Shown here piece after piece: positions 17,003 through 26,471 of a stretch of 43,754 bases of DNA (the stretch's first letter is position 1; each line of letters opens with the position of its first letter). Source of the DNA: an uncultured Clostridia bacterium (lineage in GTDB: Bacteria; Bacillota; Clostridia; Oscillospirales; Acutalibacteraceae); NCBI GenBank assembly GCA_946004305.1, contig CAMFZJ010000001.1, forward strand, positions 1 through 43,754, given 5' to 3'. A program made the translations under genes and the position numbers. Below the pieces are notes generated by a model. It did no database searches. It saw only the letters and a list, made by a program, of their open reading frames with translations, and was not told the DNA's origin.

Positions 17003-17735
17003 TCCACAACTAGACAATGGTTACATAAGAATAGCTAACGAATTGTATATAGAAATATATAAGGCAGATTTGAGTGCATCCGAATTGAGAATAGTGCTTT
17101 TCATTATGTATCAAACATACGGTTTCAACAAGAAAACAAAGAAACTATCCGCTAATTATATTTCAAACAGTATAGGTATTCCGGTCAAAACTATCAGACG
17201 TGCCATAAGCACTCTTATTGACAAGAATATATTAGTAGCTAAAAGCAATGGAAAGAACAATACGGCTAAATCTTATGGAATACAAAAAGATTATGAAAAA
17301 TGGGTACTCAAAAATGAGTACACCCCTACTCAAAAAAAGGTATCCCCACAAATGAGTAGCCCCCTACCCACTAATGGGGTACTCAAAAATGAGCCTTTGG
17401 GTACTCAAAAATGCGTCTTTGACTACTCAAAAATGAGTACCAATAAAAGACAATATAATAAAGACAATATAATAAAAGACAGTAGTAGTAGAACAACCAC
17501 TGACCAAAACGCAAATAAACCAACCTTAGACGATGTTTTTGTTTATGTTCGAAAAAAGGGTTACAGGTTCGACCCAACTAAATTTTTTAGGTACTATGAA
17601 ATTATAGGTTGGAAATACAAAGGTGCCCCTATCGAAAACTGGAAGGCGTTAGCAGACAGATGGAATGATACTGAGAACGTCAGCTGTTCTACATCTGCAT
17701 CTTATGATATTGAGGAATTGGAGAAGATAGAATGA
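16995..17735 (+). CDS. Phage replication initiator (lambda O-like N-terminus)
   Basis: MANPQLDNGYIRIANEL, YQTYGFNKK, and internal iterons. Confidence 0.85.
   Translation: MANPQLDNGYIRIANELYIEIYKADLSASELRIVLFIMYQTYGFNKKTKKLSANYISNSIGIPVKTIRRAISTLIDKNILVAKSNGKNNTAKSYGIQKDYEKWVLKNEYTPTQKKVSPQMSSPLPTNGVLKNEPLGTQKCVFDYSKMSTNKRQYNKDNIIKDSSSRTTTDQNANKPTLDDVFVYVRKKGYRFDPTKFFRYYEIIGWKYKGAPIENWKALADRWNDTENVSCSTSASYDIEELEKIE
17305..17480. repeat. Phage origin: TACTCAAAAATGAGTA iterons plus AT-rich repeats
   Basis: Copies at 17305, 17327, 17380, 17402 and 17424 (22-bp spacing within each block), then AAAGACAATATAAT twice. Confidence 0.85.
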
Positions 17736-17779
17736 ACACAGAAAAAGAATTAAAACCTTGTCCGTTTTGTGGTGGGTAA
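17732..17779 (+). pseudogene. Truncated Lar-family (restriction alleviation) zinc-finger gene
   Basis: MNTEKELKPCPFCGG followed by TAA; LKPCPFCG is the Lar-like N-terminal motif. Confidence 0.6.
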
Positions 17780-17896
17780 GCTGAGTATTAAAAGCGTGGC
17801 AATGTACATTTAGGCATTACCGAAACATCTTTGACGTTTAAAAGATGTTTTGATGTTAAGTAGATATAGAGAGAATTTTAAGAAAGAAGGAACAAA

Positions 17897-19261
17897 ATGA
17901 TTACTAACATTCCAATTAACAAACTCCATGCACACCCGGATAACCCACGTAAGCAGTTAGGCGATTTAAAAGAACTTGCTAACAGCATAAAAGCAAATGG
18001 TATATTCCAAAATTTAACTGTTGTGCCAAATGATGATGACACATACACAATTATTATTGGTCATAGAAGAAAAGCAGCAGCGGAAATTGCAGGATTGAAA
18101 GAATTGCCCTGCGCCATTGTTGAAATGACAGAGAAAGAGCAACTGTCAACTATGTTGCTTGAAAATATGCAACGTTCTGATTTGACGGTATATGAACAAG
18201 CTCAAGGTTTTCAACTTATGCTTGACTTGGGCGAAAGTGTTGAAAATATATCAAAGCAAACAGGCTTTTCAAAAACTACAATCTATCATAGAGTACACTT
18301 GCTTGATTTAGATCCGGAAGAATTCAAGAATTCACAAAAGAGAGAAATTTCCATAAATGATTATATTAAGCTCGAGAAATTGAAATCCACTGAACGAAAA
18401 AATAAAGCACTAAAAGTTATGGGAACGAGCGATTTTGAATATAGATTGAAATCACTTATTGAAGAGGAAAAACGTGAAAGTCAAGCAGCAGAAGTTCTTG
18501 AATATCTTAAAACAATAGCAACAGATATTTCATCTGATGATAGGAAAAAATATTCATATAAGGCTTGGAAATATTGCTACGATTTAAAATCAATCAAGAG
18601 TTTTGTTGAAAGTGTTACTAAAGGTGATTCTAAAGAAAACGTTTACTATTCACTTGATGGTTCATTCATTAATTTCTATGTTGAAGAAACTGAAGATGAG
18701 ATAACAGAAACTAAAGAAACTGCTGAAGAAATTGAGAGAAAACAGAAATTTGAAGAAGTAGCCATAAAAATCAAGCAGACATCTGAAACTATGAGCAACC
18801 TGCGTAAAGATTTCCTAAGGAATTATAAAGGTAAAAAAGAACATTTTGACTATCTTCTTAATTTAGTTCTCGGCACTATGGTTCTAAAGGTTAAAAATTA
18901 TGATAATAACTCAATTTACGAAATCGCTGATTTTATTGGCGATATTCTAAATATAAAAATTGATAAAACTATTTATCCATCAAAATTTGAACAGGAAGAC
19001 TATGAAAAACTATTCAAAGACGATAAAACAAAACTTCTATTACTATGTATTTGCAGTAAATACGAAAAGAAATATGAACGTTATTATAACGGCACTTCCT
19101 ATGAATATGCGGAAAATGAGAAATTGGACAGGCTATATGAAATCCTTGAAACGGTGGGCTATCAGATGTCCGAAGAAGAAAAAGCTTTCAAGGACGGAAC
19201 GCATAAGTTATTTAAAGAAATAAAACTATATTCAAAAAGTGAAAACAGCAATTTAACATAA
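17897..19261 (+). CDS. ParB/Spo0J N-terminal domain protein
   Basis: HPDNPRK, LANSIKANGIFQNL, IIGHRR, ENMQRSDL, and HTH. Confidence 0.88.
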   Translation: MITNIPINKLHAHPDNPRKQLGDLKELANSIKANGIFQNLTVVPNDDDTYTIIIGHRRKAAAEIAGLKELPCAIVEMTEKEQLSTMLLENMQRSDLTVYEQAQGFQLMLDLGESVENISKQTGFSKTTIYHRVHLLDLDPEEFKNSQKREISINDYIKLEKLKSTERKNKALKVMGTSDFEYRLKSLIEEEKRESQAAEVLEYLKTIATDISSDDRKKYSYKAWKYCYDLKSIKSFVESVTKGDSKENVYYSLDGSFINFYVEETEDEITETKETAEEIERKQKFEEVAIKIKQTSETMSNLRKDFLRNYKGKKEHFDYLLNLVLGTMVLKVKNYDNNSIYEIADFIGDILNIKIDKTIYPSKFEQEDYEKLFKDDKTKLLLLCICSKYEKKYERYYNGTSYEYAENEKLDRLYEILETVGYQMSEEEKAFKDGTHKLFKEIKLYSKSENSNLT

Positions 19262-19290
19262 AACGCTTGGAACAGGAGGGCTGATGAAAT

Positions 19291-20013
19291 GTGAGCGATA
19301 AAAAATTAAAAGTGTGCTGGATTTCGGCAGGTGTTTCGTCATTTGTTGCAGGCTATCTCGAAAGAGAAAGCATAGATAAATATATTTACATAGACATTTA
19401 CGACCAACACCCCGACAGTATGCGTTTTATAAAAGATTGCGAAAAGGCATTAGGCAAAGAAATTGAAATATTAAAATCGCCTTATGATAGCGTAGAAAAC
19501 GCTATAAAAACGGCAAAGGTCGTAAGGTTGCAAGGTGGATTTGCTCCCTGCACAAATTGGTTAAAAAAGCGTGTTCGTAAAGAGTGGGAATATGAACATA
19601 GGGACTATGAAATAACTTATGTTTGGGGTATGGATTTGGACGAAAAACACCGTGCCGACAGATTGCAAGAAACAATGTTTGAATTTGAGCATTGTTTCCC
19701 GTTGATTGAGCGAAATTTAACAAAACAAGACGCTCACGGAATTTGTGCAGAATTAGGCATAAAACGCCCCGCAATGTACGATTTAGGTTACAACAACAAT
19801 AATTGCGTAGGTTGCGTCAAGGGTGGTATGGGCTATTGGAACAAAATAAGAGTTGATTTTCCAGAAGTGTTTGCAAACAGAGCAAAGCTTGAGAGAAAAA
19901 TAGGGTATAGCATATTAAAAGAATGTTACCTTGACGAACTTGACCCGTCCAGAGGGCGAATGAGTGAAGAAATACAGCAAGAATGCAACATTTTTTGTAT
20001 GCTGAATATTTGA
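19291..20013 (+). CDS. Phage PAPS-reductase-like (PP-loop) protein
   Basis: WISAGVSS, APCTNWLKK and NNNCVGCVKG motifs. Confidence 0.75.
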   Translation: MSDKKLKVCWISAGVSSFVAGYLERESIDKYIYIDIYDQHPDSMRFIKDCEKALGKEIEILKSPYDSVENAIKTAKVVRLQGGFAPCTNWLKKRVRKEWEYEHRDYEITYVWGMDLDEKHRADRLQETMFEFEHCFPLIERNLTKQDAHGICAELGIKRPAMYDLGYNNNNCVGCVKGGMGYWNKIRVDFPEVFANRAKLERKIGYSILKECYLDELDPSRGRMSEEIQQECNIFCMLNI

Positions 20014-20027
20014 AAGGAGGGCTGACA

Positions 20028-21098
20028 ATGGCAAGACGAGGAGAATGTATCTATAAAAGAAAAGATGGCAGATGGGAAGCAAGATACGAAAAAGGCTATA
20101 ATTCTGAGGGCAAGAAAATATATGGTTCTGTATATGCAAAGACGTATTCTGAGGTTAAATCAAAAAGAAAACTCTATTTAGTAAATCCTCAAAGGAAAAA
20201 AGCAGTTCAATATGGTAGCATTCCTCAAATTGCAAGCGAATGGCTATATATCAAAAAGCATAGTATTGGTATTACTACATTTAACAAATATGAAAGCATA
20301 TTGTTGAATTATATAAATCCTTATTTCAGTAATATGTTGATTGCTATGGTTCGTAAGGTAGATATAGCTAATTTTATCAGCTGGCTCAAAATCAAAGATA
20401 TTAAAATATCAACTATCAATACTATTCTATCTGTATTAAAACAGATATTTTTTCACGCAGAAGAAGAATACAACATTAAATGTCCTGTTATAAGAAAACT
20501 CAAAAATCCTAAATCAAACGATAAAAGAGTTTTATCAAAATCAGAACAGGAAAAACTTGTAAATTATCTGTTGAAAAATGATAGCATATATTCTTTCGGA
20601 ACTCTATTAGCTTTACACACAGGAATAAGATTAGGTGAATTGTGTGCGTTAGAATGGCCTGATATTACGGACGGCAAAATCCACATATCAAAAACTATGC
20701 AAAGGTTGAAAAATGATAAAGGTGAAAGTGTTGTTATGACAACAACACCTAAAACTATCAATTCTAACAGAGCAATTCCAATACCTAAATCTATTGAAGA
20801 AATTGTATATAAGCATAAGAAAGAAAAAGGATATGTTTTAGGAAGAAAAGACAATAAGTTTACAGAACCAAGATTAATGCAGAAAAAATTTGATGAAATT
20901 GTATCTGCTTGTAATCTTGAAAATGTACATTTCCATACCCTGCGACATACTTTCGCTACAAGATGTATTGAAATAGGTTTTGACATAAAAACTCTATCGG
21001 AAATATTAGGGCATAGTCAGACTTCAACAACACTCAATATATATGTACATTCATCAGACGAACAGAAACAAAAATCAATGGATATGATTACTTTGTAG
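20028..21098 (+). CDS. Tyrosine recombinase/integrase
   Basis: Arm-binding N-terminus IYKRKDGRWEAR; GIRLGE, PKT, FHTLRHTFAT, LGH and NIYVH catalytic motifs intact. Confidence 0.92.
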   Translation: MARRGECIYKRKDGRWEARYEKGYNSEGKKIYGSVYAKTYSEVKSKRKLYLVNPQRKKAVQYGSIPQIASEWLYIKKHSIGITTFNKYESILLNYINPYFSNMLIAMVRKVDIANFISWLKIKDIKISTINTILSVLKQIFFHAEEEYNIKCPVIRKLKNPKSNDKRVLSKSEQEKLVNYLLKNDSIYSFGTLLALHTGIRLGELCALEWPDITDGKIHISKTMQRLKNDKGESVVMTTTPKTINSNRAIPIPKSIEEIVYKHKKEKGYVLGRKDNKFTEPRLMQKKFDEIVSACNLENVHFHTLRHTFATRCIEIGFDIKTLSEILGHSQTSTTLNIYVHSSDEQKQKSMDMITL

Positions 21099-21115
21099 TG
21101 GGGAGCGTGAGAAAA

Positions 21116-21451
21116 ATGGCAAGTTGTAAGGATTGCTTACATTACGAACTTTGCAGAGTGGGGTTAAGTTTGCCTGATTATGTTAATTGCAACTACTTTA
21201 AAGACCGCAACAAATTTGTGGAGTTGCCTTGTAAGGTTGGAGATAAAGTTTATTATTTTTTTAGTGATAGTAATTACAAAAAATATGAAGTGTGTGAAAT
21301 CGTTGGATTTCACATTGATAAATATCGTACAGCTTTTCAAATTGAATTGTGTGGATACAAATGTCTTGTTGATACAGAATTTCTTGGAGAAAAGATATTC
21401 TTAACCCGTGAAGAAGCCGAACAGGCACGAAAGGAGCGTGAAACAAAATGA
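21116..21451 (+). CDS. Hypothetical phage protein (LPCKVGD.VY...FLTREEAE family)
   Basis: Motifs typical of small middle-region genes of Firmicutes phages. Confidence 0.65.
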   Translation: MASCKDCLHYELCRVGLSLPDYVNCNYFKDRNKFVELPCKVGDKVYYFFSDSNYKKYEVCEIVGFHIDKYRTAFQIELCGYKCLVDTEFLGEKIFLTREEAEQARKERETK

Positions 21452-21711
21452 ATAATTTTAAAAACTGGACAGAGGTTACAAAAGGACTTTATCGCTATGT
21501 TATAGGTGCAAATATTTGTTATGAGATACATATTTTAAATTGGTACTTTGATACAGATATTCTTACGGCAAAAGCGTCTTTGTATTTAGTGGGCGATTGG
21601 AAACAGTCAAACGGAAATTCGTTTTTTGAAAGAGAAACTATTTTAGCCGAACAACCCGTTTTTAAGTGTCTTGAAGCGGCACAAAAAGACAATGATGAAA
21701 ATAATAAATAG
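21448..21711 (+). CDS. Hypothetical phage protein
   Basis: ATGA overlap with upstream gene; AAGGAG RBS. Confidence 0.65.
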   Translation: MNNFKNWTEVTKGLYRYVIGANICYEIHILNWYFDTDILTAKASLYLVGDWKQSNGNSFFERETILAEQPVFKCLEAAQKDNDENNK

Positions 21712-21713
21712 GG

Positions 21714-22007
21714 GTGAAAACAATGGCTAAATATATTGATATAGAAAGTTTATTTAATAAACACAATAATGAAATTATGATTTGTGGTAGAGGTAGTTGT
21801 GGTAAGCAACTTTTCGTTAATTTTATAACCGAATTGGTGAACGAACCACCAGTTGATGTTGTTGAAGTAGTCAGGTGTAAGGATTGTAAGTGGATTAATA
21901 AAACAAAAATGATTTGTACTAATCCTCACAATAGAGTCTTTAACACAGGAAAAACAGTTTATAGTAATAATTTTTGTAGTTACGGTGCAAAAATGGATAA
22001 GGAGTGA
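21714..22007 (+). CDS. Hypothetical Cys-rich phage protein
   Basis: DVVEVVRCKDCK...FCSYG motif. Confidence 0.65.
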   Translation: MKTMAKYIDIESLFNKHNNEIMICGRGSCGKQLFVNFITELVNEPPVDVVEVVRCKDCKWINKTKMICTNPHNRVFNTGKTVYSNNFCSYGAKMDKE

Positions 22008-22013
22008 ACAGAG

Positions 22014-22196
22014 ATGAAAAAAACATTAATTTCCGTATTAATATTTACCATATTATTAGCAATAAGTTGGGCGATTGTATCAGGATTTATATGGCTTATA
22101 TGTCTTTGTTTTGGCTTTAAATTTAACTTCCTGATTGGCACTGGAATATGGCTTATATTAGTTCTTATTAATCTTGTTTTTAAAAGAACGGAGTGA
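22014..22196 (+). CDS. Small two-TM membrane protein
   Basis: Hydrophobic 60 aa; AAGGAG RBS. Confidence 0.6.
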   Translation: MKKTLISVLIFTILLAISWAIVSGFIWLICLCFGFKFNFLIGTGIWLILVLINLVFKRTE

Positions 22197-22202
22197 ACAG
22201 GA

Positions 22203-22478
22203 ATGATATGCAGTCAATGTCAGAAATGCGGTAAATGTGGGAAACCATATAGTTCAAACAGCAATTACGCTGAAAGATGTAAAGATTTTCAGAAAAAGAA
22301 AATTACTAACTTTGAAAAGATTAAATCAATGACGATTGATGAAATGACTGAGCAACTATTTTTTATTTTTGCTTGTGATAATGGTTGCCCTGTCAAGAAA
22401 GACATAAATTATGACTGTTTATTTACTGGTTGTAAAATAGGTATTAAAAAATGGCTCGAAAGCGAGGCGGTAGAATGA
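22203..22478 (+). CDS. Hypothetical Cys-rich phage protein
   Basis: TNFEKIKSMT.DEM...KWLESE motif. Confidence 0.6.
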   Translation: MICSQCQKCGKCGKPYSSNSNYAERCKDFQKKKITNFEKIKSMTIDEMTEQLFFIFACDNGCPVKKDINYDCLFTGCKIGIKKWLESEAVE

Positions 22479-22711
22479 CACCACAGGAAGCAATTGAAAT
22501 AATCACAAATGCAGTACAAACGGAAAATATGACAGCTGAGCAGGATAAGGCATTGGCAATCGTACAGAAAGCTACTGATAAGCAGACACCAAAGAAACCA
22601 GTAGACGCAGATTATGACGGAAAAATACAAGTCGGATTTTGTCCCGATTGTGAAGAGTGTGTTTCAAGTGATTTTTGTTACAATTGCGGACAGGCTCTTG
22701 ATTGGGGGTGA
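22475..22711 (+). CDS. Zinc-ribbon phage protein
   Basis: KQTPKKP...CPDC..CYNCGQALDW. Likely start is the ATG overlapping the upstream stop. Confidence 0.65.
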   Translation: MTPQEAIEIITNAVQTENMTAEQDKALAIVQKATDKQTPKKPVDADYDGKIQVGFCPDCEECVSSDFCYNCGQALDWG

Positions 22712-22715
22712 TTAA

Positions 22716-23108
22716 ATGACGATAAAAGAATTATCACAACTTTATTACTTAAGTCGTGAAATTGAAATTGAAAAAAGTAAACTTGAAAAGCTTGAAGAAG
22801 TTGCTACAAAGATTACTCAGGTCATTTCGCCTGTGCCCGGTGGTGGCGGTATATCAGATAAAACAGCAACGGCGGCTGCTATTGCTGATTGTGAACTTAT
22901 CATTGAAAGCAAAAAACAACAGGCAAGAGCTGAATACAACAGGTTGGTAAGATATATAGCAAGCATTGATGATAGCTTTATTCGGTCAATAATCAAGTAC
23001 AGATTTATTGACTTAATGAGTTGGATTCAGATTGCAAATAAAATGGGTGGGAACAACACAGCAGATAGCGTAAGAATGGCCTTGAAAAGATTTTTACGGA
23101 AAAATTAA
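22716..23108 (+). CDS. RinA/ArpU-like late transcription activator
   Basis: MTIKELSQLYYL; C-terminal sigma-region-4-like YRFIDLMSWIQIANKMG; last early gene. Confidence 0.75.
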   Translation: MTIKELSQLYYLSREIEIEKSKLEKLEEVATKITQVISPVPGGGGISDKTATAAAIADCELIIESKKQQARAEYNRLVRYIASIDDSFIRSIIKYRFIDLMSWIQIANKMGGNNTADSVRMALKRFLRKN

Positions 23109-23111
23109 AAG

Positions 23112-23145
23112 TTGTTCGTTTTGTTCGTTATGTCTGTTTTATAAT
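23112..23145 (+). promoter_or_regulatory. Putative late promoter with tandem activator repeats
   Basis: TTGTTCGTT twice (23112-23129), then TATAAT (23140-23145), right after the activator gene. Confidence 0.6.
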
Positions 23146-23159
23146 ATATCATAGGAGTT

Positions 23160-23387
23160 TTGAACATGGACGCACAAGTTTACTTACATATGGCTGATGA
23201 GTATTACAGTCAAGCTGAAAAAATAAAAGTGACAATCAAAAAATATGAATCACAGCTTGACAACAATAAAGCTAATTTAGAATATTTAAATTCAAAAATA
23301 TCTTATTACCGCAGTTTGAGAAATGAGATGTTCATAACCGGCAACAAACTAAAAAACAAAGCTGACAAGATTTCTATTCCTTCTTAA
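23160..23387 (+). CDS. Hypothetical coiled-coil protein
   Basis: AGGAG RBS (ATG23166 may be the start); followed by a hairpin at 23400-23431. Confidence 0.55.
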   Translation: MNMDAQVYLHMADEYYSQAEKIKVTIKKYESQLDNNKANLEYLNSKISYYRSLRNEMFITGNKLKNKADKISIPS

Positions 23388-23465
23388 AGATTTTATTTCA
23401 ACAGAGCCGTTCCAATAGGGACGGTTTTGTTGCGTTTGGATGACTAATAGAGAGAGGTGGTGACG

Positions 23466-23852
23466 GTGGCAAAGGGAAAATATCAGAAGTGGCTTGAAAG
23501 TGAAAATCTTGTGCTCCTTGAGGGCTGGGCGAGAGACGGACTGACTGATGAGCAGATCGCTAAAAATATGGGAATTTCATATTCAACATTAAAAGATTGG
23601 AAAAATAAGTATCCGGCTATTTCGGCTGCCCTAAAAAAGGGCAAGGAAGTTGTTGATTTTCAAGTTGAAAATGCTTTGCTGTCATCGGCTCTTGAGGGGA
23701 ACACAACCGCTCAAATCTTCTGGCTTAAAAACCGCCGACCCGACAAGTGGAGGGATAAGCAGAAAGAGGATACAAACGTAGAAGCTCTCGAAAGGCTGGA
23801 TAATATCCTTTTGGAAATCAAAAAAGACGCAGTTAATTCTACAAAGGAATAA
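23466..23852 (+). CDS. terS: Terminase small subunit
   Basis: GWARDGLTDEQIA.NMGIS.STL and TAQIFWLKNRRPDKWRD; precedes terL. Start chosen by RBS spacing. Confidence 0.85.
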   Translation: MAKGKYQKWLESENLVLLEGWARDGLTDEQIAKNMGISYSTLKDWKNKYPAISAALKKGKEVVDFQVENALLSSALEGNTTAQIFWLKNRRPDKWRDKQKEDTNVEALERLDNILLEIKKDAVNSTKE

Positions 23853-23857
23853 TAAAA

Positions 23858-25123
23858 ATGGGATATACTCAAAAACAAAAAGAATACATTGCAAAGGCAA
23901 ATCACCGTTGGAATATCAAAAGCGGTGCAGTTCGTTCCGGCAAGTCTTATGTTGATGTGACTGCTATTGTTCCAATGCGTATCAGGGAACGAATAGGCAA
24001 AGATGGTCTTGTTCTTATTATTGGGGTAAGCAAAGAAACTATTGAACGAAATGTTTTACAGCCTATGCGTGAGAAGTATGGCAAGGATATTGTAGGTACA
24101 ATTAACAATCGTAACATTGCTGTTGTTTGCGGTGAGCCTGTTTACTGTCTTGGCGCTGAAAAGGTCAGCCAGGTCGCAAAGATACAGGGTTCAAGCGCAA
24201 AGTATGTTTACGGTGATGAGGTAGCAAAGTGGAATAAAGATGTGTTCAATATGCTTAAATCTCGACTTGATAAGCCTTACAGTTGTTTTGACGGTGCCTT
24301 AAACCCTGAGCATCCTACGCACTGGCTAAAGGAATTTATTGATTCTGACGCAGACATTTATTTGCAGGAATACACAATATTTGATAATAGTTTTTTATCG
24401 AAGAGCTTTGTTGAAAACTTATGCAAAGAATACGAGGGCACTATTTACTATGACAGGCTTATTCTTGGCAAGTGGGTACGTGCTGAGGGTGCTATATACC
24501 GAAAGTTTGCGGATAATCCAAAGAAATATTACTGTGATATTGTTAATAAATACACCGATAGTCCTCATAAGCAATTTTTGACCTCTCAACTTAACGATAT
24601 AACAATTGGTGTTGACTTTGGCGGTAACGGTTCAGGACATAGTTTTGTTGCAACCGCAAATGTTGACGATTATAAATATTTGGTTGCCCTGAAAAGCGAA
24701 AGGCATTTCGGCGATTATGACAGCAACGATATTGACAGGCTTGTGCTTGAATTTGCACAGTCTGTTTTTGACTTATACGGTGATGTTTATAAGGTTTACT
24801 ATGACAATGCCGAAACCGTACTTGGCAGAGGTTTAAAAAGAGCCTTTGAAAAGAAATTTCCTGATGTAATAGTCAGAGGAGCAAAGAAAGATATTATAAA
24901 CGACCGAATACACTGCACTAATAGGCTGATTGGTGCAAACAGATTTTATTATACAGACGGTTGTGATACTCTCAAAACTGCACTGAGCGAGGCTGTGTGG
25001 AACAGCAACAGTAAAGAGCAAAAGGATGAACGTCTTGATGACGGAACATCAGACATTGACAGTTTAGACGGATTTGAGTACACATTTGAAAGGGATATGA
25101 AAAAATATATTAAAGCAGATTAG
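23858..25123 (+). CDS. terL: Terminase large subunit, PBSX family
   Basis: SGAVRSGKS, YGDE, LNPEHP, GVDFGG and DSLDGFEY motifs. Confidence 0.93.
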   Translation: MGYTQKQKEYIAKANHRWNIKSGAVRSGKSYVDVTAIVPMRIRERIGKDGLVLIIGVSKETIERNVLQPMREKYGKDIVGTINNRNIAVVCGEPVYCLGAEKVSQVAKIQGSSAKYVYGDEVAKWNKDVFNMLKSRLDKPYSCFDGALNPEHPTHWLKEFIDSDADIYLQEYTIFDNSFLSKSFVENLCKEYEGTIYYDRLILGKWVRAEGAIYRKFADNPKKYYCDIVNKYTDSPHKQFLTSQLNDITIGVDFGGNGSGHSFVATANVDDYKYLVALKSERHFGDYDSNDIDRLVLEFAQSVFDLYGDVYKVYYDNAETVLGRGLKRAFEKKFPDVIVRGAKKDIINDRIHCTNRLIGANRFYYTDGCDTLKTALSEAVWNSNSKEQKDERLDDGTSDIDSLDGFEYTFERDMKKYIKAD

Positions 25124-25133
25124 GTGGTGAATT

Positions 25134-26471
25134 ATGAGTTTTACGGACAGTTTGAGAAACTATTGGGGGAGATTATTTCCAATTAAGGATATAAAAACAG
25201 CACTTAATATAAAGGTTGCCTTGTCTGAAACAATGCTTGATAAAATTGAACTATGGCAGAATTGTTACAGCGGTAATGCACCTTGGCTAAGTGAAGATGT
25301 AGTAAGCGTTGGACTTGAAGATGCAATTTGTGTGGAGTTTTCAAATATTGTTTTCAATGAAATGGAATTAAGCGTCAGCAATCCAGAGCTTGACAAAATA
25401 TTCAGGAATGCCATTGATGACATCAACGAGAATTTTCAGTCAGGACTTGCCACAGGCGGTATTATCCTAAAACCCCTTGGGGCAGATAAAGGTATTCAAT
25501 ATGTGCCGGCAAATGAGTTTATACCGGTTGAATATGACAGTAAAGGAAAACTATTAAAGGTGATTTTCCCTGACTTCAAAAAGATTGGTGATAGTTACTA
25601 CACAAGGCTTGAATACCATTGCCTAGATGATAACGGACTGACTATTACAAATACCGCTTATATATCTGCCGACTCTAATTATCTCGGCAGAGAAATTCCC
25701 CTGACTGTTGTGGAAGAATGGGGAAACCTCCCTGTGTCTGTTAATTATCCGTTAATGACAAGGCAGGCATTCGGATATTACAGAAATCCAAAAAAGAATA
25801 ACATAGACAATAGTAAAACACCGATTTCCATTTTCAACAAGGCTATTGAGATTATTAAAAAGGCTGATATTCAGTTTGGCAGGATGGATTGGGAGTTTGA
25901 AAGCGGAGAAAGAATGGTCTTTGCTGATGAAAGCTTATTCAAGGGTAAGGATAAAAACAAATTTTTAGCTAAGCTGAAAAATAGACTGTTTAAAAAAGTG
26001 GATGCTGACGGAGATGTTAATAGTCTTATCAAAGAGTATTCTCCCGAGTTTAGGATTGAAGCTTTAAAAACAGGCCTTGAAGAAATCAAAAGGACCATTG
26101 AATTTTGTGTAGGACTTGCCTATGGAGATTTGTCAAACACTTCAAATGTTGATAAAACCGCTACAGAGGTTAAAGTTGCAAAGCAAAGAAAATATAATAC
26201 CGTAACAGCTATACAGGAGAATGTAAAGGATTGCCTTGAAGATTTAGTATTCGCCTTGGCTTTCTACAATTCAATGACAACAAGCGGATATGAATTTTCT
26301 TGCGTATTCAAAGACAGTATTCTTACTGATGAAGCAGAGGAACGTAAACAGGATATTCAGGACGTTAATATGGGTGTTATGTCAAAAGCCGAATACCGGG
26401 CTAAGTGGTACGGTGAAGATGAAGAAACTGCAAAAAGCAGACTCCCTGAAAACGCAGAGGTAATTGAATGA
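25134..26471 (+). CDS. Portal protein (A118/SPP1-like)
   Basis: Position; WEFESG, IEFCVGL, KTATEV, MSKAEYRAKWYGEDEETA. Confidence 0.88.
   Translation: MSFTDSLRNYWGRLFPIKDIKTALNIKVALSETMLDKIELWQNCYSGNAPWLSEDVVSVGLEDAICVEFSNIVFNEMELSVSNPELDKIFRNAIDDINENFQSGLATGGIILKPLGADKGIQYVPANEFIPVEYDSKGKLLKVIFPDFKKIGDSYYTRLEYHCLDDNGLTITNTAYISADSNYLGREIPLTVVEEWGNLPVSVNYPLMTRQAFGYYRNPKKNNIDNSKTPISIFNKAIEIIKKADIQFGRMDWEFESGERMVFADESLFKGKDKNKFLAKLKNRLFKKVDADGDVNSLIKEYSPEFRIEALKTGLEEIKRTIEFCVGLAYGDLSNTSNVDKTATEVKVAKQRKYNTVTAIQENVKDCLEDLVFALAFYNSMTTSGYEFSCVFKDSILTDEAEERKQDIQDVNMGVMSKAEYRAKWYGEDEETAKSRLPENAEVIE

Noticed and set aside
17305-17440. Regularly spaced repeats as a mini CRISPR array
   Set aside because: 16-bp units with 6-bp gaps inside the initiator gene fit origin iterons; there are no spacers or cas genes.
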